Positions 49,901-59,296 of a stretch of 64,000 bases of DNA are shown here, in pieces (positions within the stretch are counted from its first letter, which is position 1; each line of letters begins with the position of its first letter). The stretch spans positions 23,310-87,309 of the forward strand of contig CALKHR010000034.1 in assembly GCA_937988885.1 (NCBI GenBank), in the 5' to 3' direction. A model generated the notes under the pieces. It was given only the letters and a program-made list of their open reading frames with translations. It ran no database searches and was not told the origin of the DNA. Source of the stretch: an uncultured Roseiflexaceae bacterium. Its GTDB lineage: Bacteria > Chloroflexota > Chloroflexia > Chloroflexales > Roseiflexaceae. A program made the translations under genes and the position numbers.

Positions 49901-50649
49901 TGGCCGCCGATGCTGGCAACTGGTCGGTGGCGGCTGCGCACTTCCAGCGCGGTATCGTGCACGAGAGTGGCTCGGCGGAGGCGCACTACTGGTTGGCACA
50001 GGCTCTGGTCGAGCAGGGCGACATCAACAACGCGATCAGCGAGTATCGCCAGGCGTTGGGCTTGCGGCCCGAATATGCCGAGGCGTACTACGGCCTTGCG
50101 ATGGCGCAGTTGCGCAGCAGCCAGGTCGAGCAGCGCGAGCAGGCCCGCTCGAACATCGAGTTGGCGCTGCTCATTCGGCCCGATTACGCCGAGGCGTGGC
50201 TCGAAAAGGGCAAGCTTGAGGAGGCGGCGGGGCGCGATCAGGCGGCGCTCGATGCGTACAGTCAGGCGATCTCGAGCAATGGGCGCTTGGCCGAACCGCG
50301 CTATCAGCGGGCGCGCCTCTACATTCGCCAGGATCAGATGAGCGATGCCGAACGCGATCTGGAGATGGCGATCCGCGCGCGGCCCAACTTCCCCGAGGCG
50401 CACTATTGGCTTGGGCGCGTGTATCAGGCCCAGAATCGCCAGCAACTCGCTCGCGAGGAGTTCGGCTTGGCGGTGGCGCAGCGCGATGGCAACTTCCCCG
50501 ATGCTCGCTTCTACCAGGGCATCGCCGAGGAACAGCTTGGCTTGCGCGATGCGGCATTGGAATCGTTTAGAGTTGCACTGGAGCAGAGCGATTCTAGCCC
50601 GTGGGCTAGCGATGCGCGTGCAGCTTTGGCTCGGTTAGGTTCGCAGTAG
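46960..50649 (+). CDS. large membrane-anchored tetratricopeptide-repeat protein
   Basis: N-terminal TM (YVVVLVVLLLGLAIAFLL), about 1200 aa of TPR-like repeats (AxxxY/WxxLGxxxxxxGxxxxA); RBS GGAGAG before ATG 46960. Confidence 0.8.
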   Translation: MPNAYVVVLVVLLLGLAIAFLLPSSRSVLIGQYHRLRARMAPKPAPQDESQTALIDENGDVVPLDPPEDAPTAHTGETLRVRRQREWSIQDNRRTIVSVVVILIGLLALWQLPNLLPNRMNRFIVLVAPFNDADNQVSATGSAMADQLVKLLNDSRRGVQAVRAESRPTDLAQAMEMLENSGADVLVWGTVSSGAMLNQDSLIPALLYRPNGTYAPYAWDGYTGRFAMPQFFAIADAPINGEDVLARLLYALGDYGAGRSEQAFTALGDLVESNPALIATLPSALRGNLLWARGEYDRAAGEYRRAINDVARFDAQLGDPRAELNNNLGAILYDAHAPEASAVLLQTVGMLEARDSANRDLGALRYNLGLEYLRSGRVEEAVQSLEIARNLLPRQVDLELALSEAYRRMHNVDDALARARTALNSASQQVEYEAQLAPSNLNRLVEQRLQANVSQQQALVRLTELLNTHENLLWELQGSDVYDAAALEEIRDEFAKAVEQTSVLAQSWNRRSASEESANQTFDSLLALHQFQRASQLLSERSLGLSALEIELARMRGVEPPTGIGVIWNRMFGSRTALAQMQNELKRRVDLQPNDIDAAMLYGESLMLTAGPSAAAKIFDQAAAVAPVRAEPVFGQALVADAQGELPRAVELLRTSISLNSDYFPARQRLAELAERLEDWPLAVEQRRWLADHRPSTAATLALAEALHNNGNSTYADAEQELLEVINDPSLTESQRVPALTALGRLYYTIGNIDSAHEILTRAQNAAPENPNVAYELGRVLVARGQSSAAAEQFRLAIEKDPQPVRAYLELANFYKEQANNALLEGTDTAASTSTATQQRQQRLQRYIENINAATNQYRAAYRVGASDATSLRQIGEHLMAVGDYEGAAQAYMRLTERNTEDRAGYERLAQAYIPLARYEQAQAAARRAIDLGNGYNPTAIVTLGDIARLRNQPEQATQQYNAALEQNPDQGSAYIGLGRLAADAGNWSVAAAHFQRGIVHESGSAEAHYWLAQALVEQGDINNAISEYRQALGLRPEYAEAYYGLAMAQLRSSQVEQREQARSNIELALLIRPDYAEAWLEKGKLEEAAGRDQAALDAYSQAISSNGRLAEPRYQRARLYIRQDQMSDAERDLEMAIRARPNFPEAHYWLGRVYQAQNRQQLAREEFGLAVAQRDGNFPDARFYQGIAEEQLGLRDAALESFRVALEQSDSSPWASDARAALARLGSQ

Positions 50650-50664
50650 AATTAAGAGGAAGCT

Positions 50665-51975
50665 ATGTCGCTTCAAGAGCAGATTAGTCATCTTTCGCCT
50701 GTATGGGGTCGGTATACGAATATTCTTGTCGAGCGTGCCGAGGGTGCGTACATCTACGGCACCGATGGTCGGAAGTACCTCGACTTCACCTGCGGCATTG
50801 GCGTGACGAATACGGGGCACTGCCACCCGAAGGTGGTGGAGGCGATCCGCGAGCAGGCTGGCTTGCTGCTGCACGGTCAGGCCAATATCGTGTACCACAA
50901 GCCGATGCTTGAGTTGGTGCGTTCGCTGCGCGAGTTGCTGCCGCCGAGCCTCGACACCTTCTTCTTCACAAACAGCGGCGCTGAGGCGGTGGAGAGCGCT
51001 GTGAAGCTCGCTCGCCACGCGACGGGCCGTAACGATGTGGTCGTATTCCAGGGCGGCTTCCATGGCCGCACAGCGGGCGCGATGGCGCTGACCAGCAGCA
51101 AGGGCAAATATCGCGGTGGCTACGGCAATATGCCATCGGGTGTGCACTTCGCGCCCTACGCGTCGCTGTACCGCAGCGCGGTGCTGCGGGCGGCTGGCAA
51201 GGATGTGGCCGCGCTCTCGTGGGCCGCGCCGTTCGTCGAGGAGGGCTTCGAGGAGCCGCTGGCGCAGCTGCGCCATATGCTGCAGACCGAGACGGTGCCC
51301 GAGGATGTGGCGGCGATCCTGGTCGAGCCGGTGCAGGGCGAGGGTGGCTACGTGGTGCCGCCGATCGGCTTTTTGCAGGGTCTACGCCAGATCTGCGACG
51401 AGTACGGGATTCTGCTGATCGCCGATGAGGTGCAGACGGGTTTTGGCCGCACTGGCGCGTTCTTTGCGATCGAGCACTTCGGCATTACGCCCGATATTCT
51501 GTTGATGGCGAAGGGTTTGGCCTCCGGCTTGCCGCTCTCGGGTGTGGTGGCGCGCCGCGAGTTGATGGAGCGCTGGCATACCAGTTCGCACGGCGGTACC
51601 TATGGCGGCAACGCGGTGGCCTGCGCGGCGGCGGTCGCCACGATCGCCACGATCCGCGAGGAGAACTTGGTCGCGAATGCGGCGCAGCAGGGCGCGCTGC
51701 TGAAGAACGAGCTTGGCGCGCTGCGCTCCCGCGATTCGCGCATCGGCGATGTGCGCGGCTTGGGCCTGATGATCGGCGTGGAACTGGTCGGCGCGAACGA
51801 CGCCCCCGATGGCGCGCTGGCGAAGCGTGTGTTGGCGAGCGCGCTTGAGCGCGGCTTGATACTGTTGAACTGTGGGCCGTACGATAATGTCGTGCGCTTT
51901 ATCCCGCCGCTGGTGGTGACAGAGGAGCAGGTGCGTGAGGCGGTGGCGATCTTCGAGGCGGCTTTGGCGAGCTAA
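50665..51975 (+). CDS. class III aminotransferase (4-aminobutyrate/omega-aminotransferase-like)
   Basis: GabT-like motifs (DEVQTGFGRTG, MAKGLASGLPLSG lysine region, HGGTYGGN). Confidence 0.85.
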   Translation: MSLQEQISHLSPVWGRYTNILVERAEGAYIYGTDGRKYLDFTCGIGVTNTGHCHPKVVEAIREQAGLLLHGQANIVYHKPMLELVRSLRELLPPSLDTFFFTNSGAEAVESAVKLARHATGRNDVVVFQGGFHGRTAGAMALTSSKGKYRGGYGNMPSGVHFAPYASLYRSAVLRAAGKDVAALSWAAPFVEEGFEEPLAQLRHMLQTETVPEDVAAILVEPVQGEGGYVVPPIGFLQGLRQICDEYGILLIADEVQTGFGRTGAFFAIEHFGITPDILLMAKGLASGLPLSGVVARRELMERWHTSSHGGTYGGNAVACAAAVATIATIREENLVANAAQQGALLKNELGALRSRDSRIGDVRGLGLMIGVELVGANDAPDGALAKRVLASALERGLILLNCGPYDNVVRFIPPLVVTEEQVREAVAIFEAALAS

Positions 51976-52054
51976 CGCCGCTCACGCGAACGGAGCGCGG
52001 TTGCGAATGCGGCTGCGCTGATCTTCCCACAAAGCAGACGGTATTTTGAAATGG

Positions 52055-52105
52055 AACAACGTGCTGGGATAGCTCTCAAGGCGATCTCAGCACGTTGTTT
52101 GTTTT
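52055..52105 (+). terminator. rho-independent terminator (stem aacaacgtgctg/cagcacgttgtt followed by TGTTTT)
   Basis: 12-bp perfect inverted repeat 52055-52066 / 52088-52099 followed by T-run, 80 nt after aminotransferase stop. Confidence 0.6.
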
Positions 52106-52154
52106 ATACCAAATCCGAATGATGAATGGCAAAAAGGCACACTTCCTGAAAACG

Positions 52155-52231
52155 TGATGTCGAGGCGCTGCTACGCGCAGCGCCTCGACATCACAAAAAG
52201 AAGAAAGTACCTTGCTGCCGCAGGCTAAAAC
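52155..52231 (-). repeat. about 75-bp dispersed REP-like palindromic repeat (copy 2, inverted relative to 24687-24764); probable terminator for gmd
   Basis: gatgtcgaggcgctgctacgcgcagcgcctcgacatc plus conserved flank; lies just downstream of the minus-strand gmd stop. Confidence 0.7.
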
Positions 52232-52267
52232 GAGTTTGTTACTGACACTGTCCAACCGGATTTAGTA

Positions 52268-53251
<984 letters not shown>

Positions 53252-53407
53252 TTAGGGCAGTGCAACAACACGCACCGCTCGGTATGGTATGCTGAGTATA
53301 GTGCAAGCACGGCGAGCCGTCTGCTAAGTGAGTTAGCGGATGTGACGTGGCGCGCGTGGCACAATACAGGCGTTGATAGTGTTTTTGTTTTCCGTTACAA
53401 TGCGTGT

Positions 53408-53875
53408 ATGATAGCACAACTTCCTAGCTCGCCCGAAGTGCTGGGCCAACGGATCGCTCGTCTGCGGGCGCAGCGGGGGTGGACACAGCAGGAACTAGCG
53501 GAACGGTTAGCGGCCTCGCGGGTGGCCGTGTCGCACTTTGAGATGGGCTTGGCGATGCCGAGCGAGCGCACGGTGGTGTTGTTGGCGGGTCTATTCGGTT
53601 TTGAGCCGCATGAGTTTGTGGAGGGGACGAATTATCCGGTTGCGAAGGCTGAGCGTTTGCCGTTGGTGACCTGCCGCTATACGGAGGTTGAGCATCAGTT
53701 AGCGCTGATGCATCGCGATCTTAGTTGGCTTGAGCGCGTTGAGCGGCCCGATCTGCGCGAGGCGGTGCTGACCGAATGGCGCGAGAAGCTTCTTCACCTC
53801 ATCTCCACGACCTTCGATTCCCATGAACTTCAGTTGCTTGCCCAGGCTCAGGCAACACTGCTTTCAGCTTGCTAA
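53408..53875 (+). CDS. XRE-family helix-turn-helix transcriptional regulator
   Basis: Cro/C1-type HTH (LRAQRGWTQQELAERLAASRVAVSHFEMG); in-frame ATG 53408. Confidence 0.55.
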   Translation: MIAQLPSSPEVLGQRIARLRAQRGWTQQELAERLAASRVAVSHFEMGLAMPSERTVVLLAGLFGFEPHEFVEGTNYPVAKAERLPLVTCRYTEVEHQLALMHRDLSWLERVERPDLREAVLTEWREKLLHLISTTFDSHELQLLAQAQATLLSAC

Positions 53876-54012
53876 AGGCTGTTCTTCCCTAGCCCTTTGG
53901 CCTGTTTATCGTGCGGTGTGTCACATCTTGAATAAAATGCGATAAAACTGGTTCTTTGAAACGTTACAATTGGTGGTATAAAGAAAAGAGTGTAATGCGG
54001 TTGGGAGGGTGT

Positions 54013-54504
54013 ATGCAGAATGAATCTGTGGCTTCGGTCGATGAAGCTTCAATGGCGCGTATGCAACGGCGCGTGGAGCTCATCAATCAATTTAAAAACG
54101 GCGCGAATTGGTTTTGGTGGATCGCAGGCCTGTCGGTAGTTAACTCTGTGATCTTTTGGTTGAACGGGAGTTGGGGTTTTGTGATTGGCCTGGGAATCAC
54201 GCAATTGATCGATGGATTCGCTTGGGTCCTCATCGACCAAGGTTTTGTTCCTATTCGTACGCTGATCATTGCACTTGCTATTGTGCTCGACCTTCTGTTA
54301 GTGATCCTCTTCGTCGGATTTGGCTATTTTGCGCGTCAACGCTTGGTTTGGGCGTTTATCATCGGTATGGCGTTGTACATCTGTGATTCGTTTATCGCCC
54401 TGGCAGCGCAAAGCTGGCTCAATCTTGGTTTTCACACTTTTGCCCTTTTTGGTTTGTATGGCGGCTACAATGCGCTTAAGACGTTGAACGCATTGGAAAA
54501 ATAA
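54013..54504 (+). CDS. hypothetical integral membrane protein (4 TM)
   Basis: RBS GGAGGG before ATG 54013; no family recognised. Confidence 0.45.
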   Translation: MQNESVASVDEASMARMQRRVELINQFKNGANWFWWIAGLSVVNSVIFWLNGSWGFVIGLGITQLIDGFAWVLIDQGFVPIRTLIIALAIVLDLLLVILFVGFGYFARQRLVWAFIIGMALYICDSFIALAAQSWLNLGFHTFALFGLYGGYNALKTLNALEK

Positions 54505-54564
54505 TCGCCTGCCGTGCTTGCATTGCAGTCTTATTCGGGAATCTGGTTTTATGAGGAGATGCGC

Positions 54565-55185
54565 ATGCGATCGTTTCTATCGACCCTGATGTTCGTGAGT
54601 GGCTGTGTCCTGTTCGCACTGAGTTTGGTGTTGACGCCAAGCGCAAGTTATGCGCAGCCACCTCGCCCAACAATTGTGCCCACTGCCACCCCCGAACCGA
54701 CGGAAACACCACAGCCTGCTGCGACGCCGCGCCCACGTAACGACAAGAATGATAATGACGCCGCTCCGCTGGGTCGTATCACTGGTACAGTGATCGATCA
54801 GACCACCGGCGCGCCGGTCTCCGGCATCACCGTGCTGGTGGGCGATATGCAGGTGCAAACCGATGCCAACGGCAACTACGAGCGCGTTGATTTGCCCGCA
54901 GGCTCCTACACCGTCTCGCTAGTGTTGAGCGCCGAGCAGGGTGTCGCCGCCCAGGAGCCGCTGGTTGTGCAGCTTGAGGCGGGCGCAAATGTGGTGCAGC
55001 ACCTCGCGTTTGCTAGCCCGCAGCCCGCCGAGGAGCCCGCGCCCGAAGCTACGCCAGAGCCTGCTCCCGCACCCGCCGAACTGCCCCGCACCGGCGGCGA
55101 GTCGACCGCTGCCACGTTGATGCTCTGGGCAGCATTCGCGCTGATGATTGGCGGGTTCGTGCTGCGCAAAGCTCGAGCGCAATAA
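54565..55185 (+). CDS. secreted carboxypeptidase-regulatory-like (beta-sandwich) domain protein with C-terminal LPXTG sortase anchor
   Basis: Signal peptide; Pro/Thr-rich linker; ITGTVIDQTTGAPVSGITVLV (CarbopepD_reg-like); C-terminal LPRTGG plus hydrophobic segment plus RKARAQ. Confidence 0.55.
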   Translation: MRSFLSTLMFVSGCVLFALSLVLTPSASYAQPPRPTIVPTATPEPTETPQPAATPRPRNDKNDNDAAPLGRITGTVIDQTTGAPVSGITVLVGDMQVQTDANGNYERVDLPAGSYTVSLVLSAEQGVAAQEPLVVQLEAGANVVQHLAFASPQPAEEPAPEATPEPAPAPAELPRTGGESTAATLMLWAAFALMIGGFVLRKARAQ

Positions 55186-55348
55186 CTTCACCAACACACA
55201 TAGTTACGATACTGTGGAGGATGGGCACAATCGCCCATCCTCTTCGCGTCGGCGGGCGAATCGTGGTATGATAGGGCCACACGACTATCGGCAAGCAACC
55301 GTCATCAGGCCTGTGCAGGCGTTGATCGGGTTATCCCCAAACAAAAAC

Positions 55349-56491
55349 ATGAAACACATATCTTCTAAGCTCGCCGAGTCCGCGATCATCTCCCCTACCT
55401 CAGATTTTCGAAGCTACGGGACGCAGCCCAACGATGCGCTTGATCCGGCCACACGTTCGCCGCTCTGGATGGTTACGAGTGAGCCGCTGCTCAATGAGTT
55501 CGTGCTCGATCTCAAGAATCTGCAACAAGAACTCTCTCAAGCGCCGCTCGTCTGTGCCGAATTGCGTTTTTCGCGCGCCCGTATCGAGGCGATTCGCGCC
55601 GCCTTCAGCCGTATGATCCGCCATGGCGAGGAGGCTCTGCATCAACTCTCGTTGCTGCTCGCCAACCGTTTCCTCAACGGCTACCAATTGCAGAGCGTCG
55701 TGATCGGCGCAGTGGACACCACCCAGGAGCGTTTCACGCTCAGCCAGACAATCACGCCCGCCGATCTGTTCTCGACCACCGACATCGATCTCGGCAACCG
55801 CCAACTCAGCAAGCTGCAATTCTTCGACGGCACCAACTGGAGCCGCGCGTCGCTGGTGGCGAACACCGTCGATTATCAGCCCACCGAGCCGAACCCGCTC
55901 GGCATCCACCGCATCAGCACCCGCATCAAAGCGGAGGAGCAGATCTGGAACAAGGTCGTCGATGAACTGTTCGATCTCGACCACATCGTGCGCAACGACA
56001 AGCAACTGCGCCACCTCAGCCAGTACGTCAAGGATATTTTCGGCATCAAACTGGTGATCGGCTCGACCGACGATATCTACCGCGTGCAGCGCATCCTTCA
56101 GGAGCTTGAATGGTCCGACGAGGCACTGCGCGAATGGTCGGTGACGCCGAGCCGCAGTACACGGCGGCTCGAATGGGTCGAGGTGAAGGATTACATCGCC
56201 GAGGGCGAACGCAAGCGCTCGGGCTGGGAGGCGCTGAAATCGGTGGTGCGCTGGTCGGATCGCCTGATCGAGATCCAGATACAGCCGTTGCGCAACTTCC
56301 TCAGCGAGCGCGAACGCCTCACGAGCGAGAGTCACGTCAGCTTCAAGCTCAATCGCGAGCGCGTACGGGCGCAAGTGGCCGAGCGCATCCCGCTCTTTAG
56401 CTTCTACCAAGAGCTATTGCGCTGGCTGTTCCTCGATCCCGCCGCGCCGCCGCCTACGCATCCAGGTGTCAGCGTGTCTCTCGTTGATTAG
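55349..56491 (+). CDS. RelA/SpoT-synthetase-fold nucleotidyltransferase domain protein (orphan small-alarmone-synthetase-like)
   Basis: RIKAEEQIWNKV matches RVKSIYSIYKKM; DIFGIKLVIGSTDDIYRV matches DLLAFRIIVDTVEDCYRV; GWEALKSVV matches GYQSLHTVV; EIQIQP matches EIQIRT of Rel/RelA synthetase domain. Confidence 0.55.
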   Translation: MKHISSKLAESAIISPTSDFRSYGTQPNDALDPATRSPLWMVTSEPLLNEFVLDLKNLQQELSQAPLVCAELRFSRARIEAIRAAFSRMIRHGEEALHQLSLLLANRFLNGYQLQSVVIGAVDTTQERFTLSQTITPADLFSTTDIDLGNRQLSKLQFFDGTNWSRASLVANTVDYQPTEPNPLGIHRISTRIKAEEQIWNKVVDELFDLDHIVRNDKQLRHLSQYVKDIFGIKLVIGSTDDIYRVQRILQELEWSDEALREWSVTPSRSTRRLEWVEVKDYIAEGERKRSGWEALKSVVRWSDRLIEIQIQPLRNFLSERERLTSESHVSFKLNRERVRAQVAERIPLFSFYQELLRWLFLDPAAPPPTHPGVSVSLVD

Positions 56492-56619
56492 GCTGTTGTT
56501 TTTGGGGAAAAAAGAACGCGTTGTCAGCCGCCGCGCTGTACTGGCATGCCTCAGCGATACCCAAGCGCGTGGCGACTGACAACACGCCTCGTGACGCTAC
56601 GGGGGAGTGGTGCCGCTAC

Positions 56620-57486
56620 TCACTGCGATGATCTGAGTCCACTCGCGCGCCCCACCGAGCCAAACTGCGCCAATTTCTCGGCCACCACCGCCTGCATCGC
56701 CGCCACCGCCTGCTGCATCAGCGCCACCAAATCGGGCGGCTTGGGCGCGTCCAACGCCTGCCGGAGCGCCGCCACATACGCCTCGCGCACCTCGGTGTTG
56801 ACGTTCAACTTACAGATGCCCATCTCGATCGCGCGGCGCACCTGCTCGCTGGGCAGCCCCGACGCGCCGTGCAGCACCAACGGCACCTCCACCGCCCGCC
56901 CGATCGCCGCAAGCCGCTCGAAATCGAGTTGTGGCGAACTGCGATAATGCCCGTGCACATTGCCGATGCAGACCGCAAGCATATCCGCACCAGTGGCCGC
57001 TAAGAACGCGCTGGCCTGCTGCGGATCGGTCAGTTTAGCCTCGTACTCCGCCACCGTCAAGCCGTCCTCGGTGCCGCTCAGGCGACCCAACTCCGCCTCG
57101 ACCGCCGCGCCCACCGCGTGGGCTCGCTCGGCCATGGCGCGGGTGAAGGCCACATTCGCCTCGTAATCGAGGTGCGAGCCATCGGCCATGATCGAACTCA
57201 CGCCCGCCGCCAGCGCCTGCTCGATCGCCCCAGCATCGCTGCTGTGATCGAGGTGCACGGCCACGGGCACGCTGGCAGCCTGCGCGGCGGCCTGGCACAG
57301 CGCAATCAACGGTGCCCCGCCGAACGTCAGCGCGGCGGGGTGAACCTGGAGCATCACCGGACTATCGGCGGCCTCGGCGGCGGCGATCACCGCTCGCACA
57401 CCTTCGAGGTTGTAGACATTGAACGCGCCGATCGCATAGCGCTCGGCTTGGGCGTGGCGCAACAGCGCGCTGGTCGGGAACAGCAT
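56620..57486 (-). CDS. class II ketose-bisphosphate aldolase (fructose/tagatose-bisphosphate aldolase family)
   Basis: FBA-II/GatY-like motifs (PVMLQ, VHLDHS, GNVHG, VLHGASG). Confidence 0.85.
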   Translation of the reverse strand: MLFPTSALLRHAQAERYAIGAFNVYNLEGVRAVIAAAEAADSPVMLQVHPAALTFGGAPLIALCQAAAQAASVPVAVHLDHSSDAGAIEQALAAGVSSIMADGSHLDYEANVAFTRAMAERAHAVGAAVEAELGRLSGTEDGLTVAEYEAKLTDPQQASAFLAATGADMLAVCIGNVHGHYRSSPQLDFERLAAIGRAVEVPLVLHGASGLPSEQVRRAIEMGICKLNVNTEVREAYVAALRQALDAPKPPDLVALMQQAVAAMQAVVAEKLAQFGSVGRASGLRSSQ

Positions 57487-57518
57487 TGGTCAACCCTCTG
57501 ATTCGGCAAGTGGCAAGG

Positions 57519-58244
57519 CTACACTTTACGCTCGTGCGAGACGATCTGGCCGTCGCGCAACTGGTACACATCGGTGGCGAACTCGGCTGCCGCCGGATCG
57601 TGCGTGGCGATCAGCAGCGTGACACCCTCGTGATCGGCGAGGCCGCGCAGCAGCGTCAAAACCTGCTCGCCGGTCTTGGTGTCGAGGTCGCCGGTCGGCT
57701 CGTCGGCCAGGATGATGCGCGGACGGATCGCGAGGGCGCGGGCGATCGCCACGCGCTGCTGTTGGCCACCGCTCATCTCGTAGGGGCGGTGGTCCATCCA
57801 AGCGCTCAGCCCAACCGCAGCCAAGCAGCGGCGGATGCGAGTATCCCACTCGTTGCGTGGCACACTGCGCGAGAGCCGCAGGCCCAGTTCGACATTCTCG
57901 TAGGCCGAGGCGGTCGGCATCAACGCAAAACTCTGGAAGATGAAGCCGATCTGGCGGCGGATGTTGGCGCGCTCGCGCTCGCTCAGTTTATTGATCGGCT
58001 GCTGTTCGAGCATCACAGAGCCGTTCGTCGGTCGGTCGAGCCCGCCGACGATATTGAGCAACGTGGTCTTGCCGCTGCCGCTCGGACCCATCAGCACCAC
58101 CATCGCGCCCCGTGCGATGTGCATATCGACGCCGCGCAACGCCTTGACGCTGCGTTCGCGCACGCTGAAGGTGCGCTCGACGCCGTTGATATCGATGGCT
58201 AACTCTTGTTCGCTCTGTTCGCTCATGCTGTGGTTCGTTTCCAT
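57519..58244 (-). CDS. ABC transporter ATP-binding protein (MacB/LolD-type)
   Basis: Walker [10 protein letters not shown], signature [15 protein letters not shown], Walker B ILADEPTG. Confidence 0.9.
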   Translation of the reverse strand: METNHSMSEQSEQELAIDINGVERTFSVRERSVKALRGVDMHIARGAMVVLMGPSGSGKTTLLNIVGGLDRPTNGSVMLEQQPINKLSERERANIRRQIGFIFQSFALMPTASAYENVELGLRLSRSVPRNEWDTRIRRCLAAVGLSAWMDHRPYEMSGGQQQRVAIARALAIRPRIILADEPTGDLDTKTGEQVLTLLRGLADHEGVTLLIATHDPAAAEFATDVYQLRDGQIVSHERKV

Positions 58245-58253
58245 CTGGTGGTG

Positions 58254-59282
58254 CTACTTCTTTTTCTTTTTGCCAAACAACCCTTTGCGCTGCTTGGGTG
58301 TGGCCTGCTCGGGTGGCTCGGTGCTGTAGATCGTGCTGTAGAGCGGCAGTTCCTCGGCTGGCTCGGCGGTCGCCTCCTCCTCGGCTTGCGCGCCCCGATC
58401 ATCGTCGCTGGGGCGGATGAGGATGCCGCCATCGACCAACTCCACCCGCGCGCGCCGCCCAATGCCCGCCAGCATGCGCTGGTCGATCGGCAGTTGCAAG
58501 CGCCCGGCGCGGTCGAGCACCACCAGTTCTTCCACCGTCGGCTTCTCGGTGTTCTCGTCGGCATGCTCGTCGCTGGTGCGCACGCGCTCGGTGCTGGTGC
58601 GCCCATCGCGGATCGCCACCACGCGGTCGGCCCACTCCGCCACACGCGGGTCGTGCGTGACCAGCACGATGGTTTGGCCGTAGCGCTCGCGCAGTTCGCG
58701 CAGCAGTTTCAGGATCATCTGCGCGGTGGGCCAATCGACCTCACCCGTCGGCTCGTCGGCCAGCAGGATGTCGGGCTTGTTGGCGAGGGCGCAGGCGATC
58801 GAGATGCGCTGCTGCTGGCCGCCGGAGAGTTGCGGCGGCTTCTGCTTGGCGCGCTCGGTCATACCGACCGCCTCCAGCAACTCGTCGGTCCAAGCGCGGC
58901 GCTCGCGCCAACCGCGCCCGGCCAACGTCATCAGCAGTTCGATGTTTTGGCGAGCGGTCAGGTAGGGCAGCAGGTTGCGGGCGGTCTGCTGCCACACGAA
59001 TCCGACTCGTTCGCGGCGATAGGTCGTAAGCTGTTTCTGGTTGAATTTGAGCAGGTCTTGGCCGTTCACAAGGAGTTTGCCCGCCGAGGGTCGGTCGAGA
59101 CCGCCCAGCGCGTTCAGCAGCGTCGATTTGCCGGAGCCGGACGGGCCGACCAGCGCGAGGATCTCGCCACGGCTGACTTCGAGATCGAGGCCTTGGAGGG
59201 CCTGCACTTCGAGATCAGCGACTTGGAAGATTTTGACCAAGCCCGTGGCCGAAATAAATGGCTCGTTGTTGTTTGTGGTCAT
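58254..59282 (-). CDS. ABC transporter ATP-binding protein with about 110-aa acidic/Lys-rich C-terminal extension
   Basis: Walker A GPSGSGKST, signature LSGGQQQRISIACAL, Walker B LLADEPTG; C-terminal tail ends GLFGKKKKK. Confidence 0.9.
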   Translation of the reverse strand: MTTNNNEPFISATGLVKIFQVADLEVQALQGLDLEVSRGEILALVGPSGSGKSTLLNALGGLDRPSAGKLLVNGQDLLKFNQKQLTTYRRERVGFVWQQTARNLLPYLTARQNIELLMTLAGRGWRERRAWTDELLEAVGMTERAKQKPPQLSGGQQQRISIACALANKPDILLADEPTGEVDWPTAQMILKLLRELRERYGQTIVLVTHDPRVAEWADRVVAIRDGRTSTERVRTSDEHADENTEKPTVEELVVLDRAGRLQLPIDQRMLAGIGRRARVELVDGGILIRPSDDDRGAQAEEEATAEPAEELPLYSTIYSTEPPEQATPKQRKGLFGKKKKK

Positions 59283-59296
59283 CGTCGTTTCCGGCG

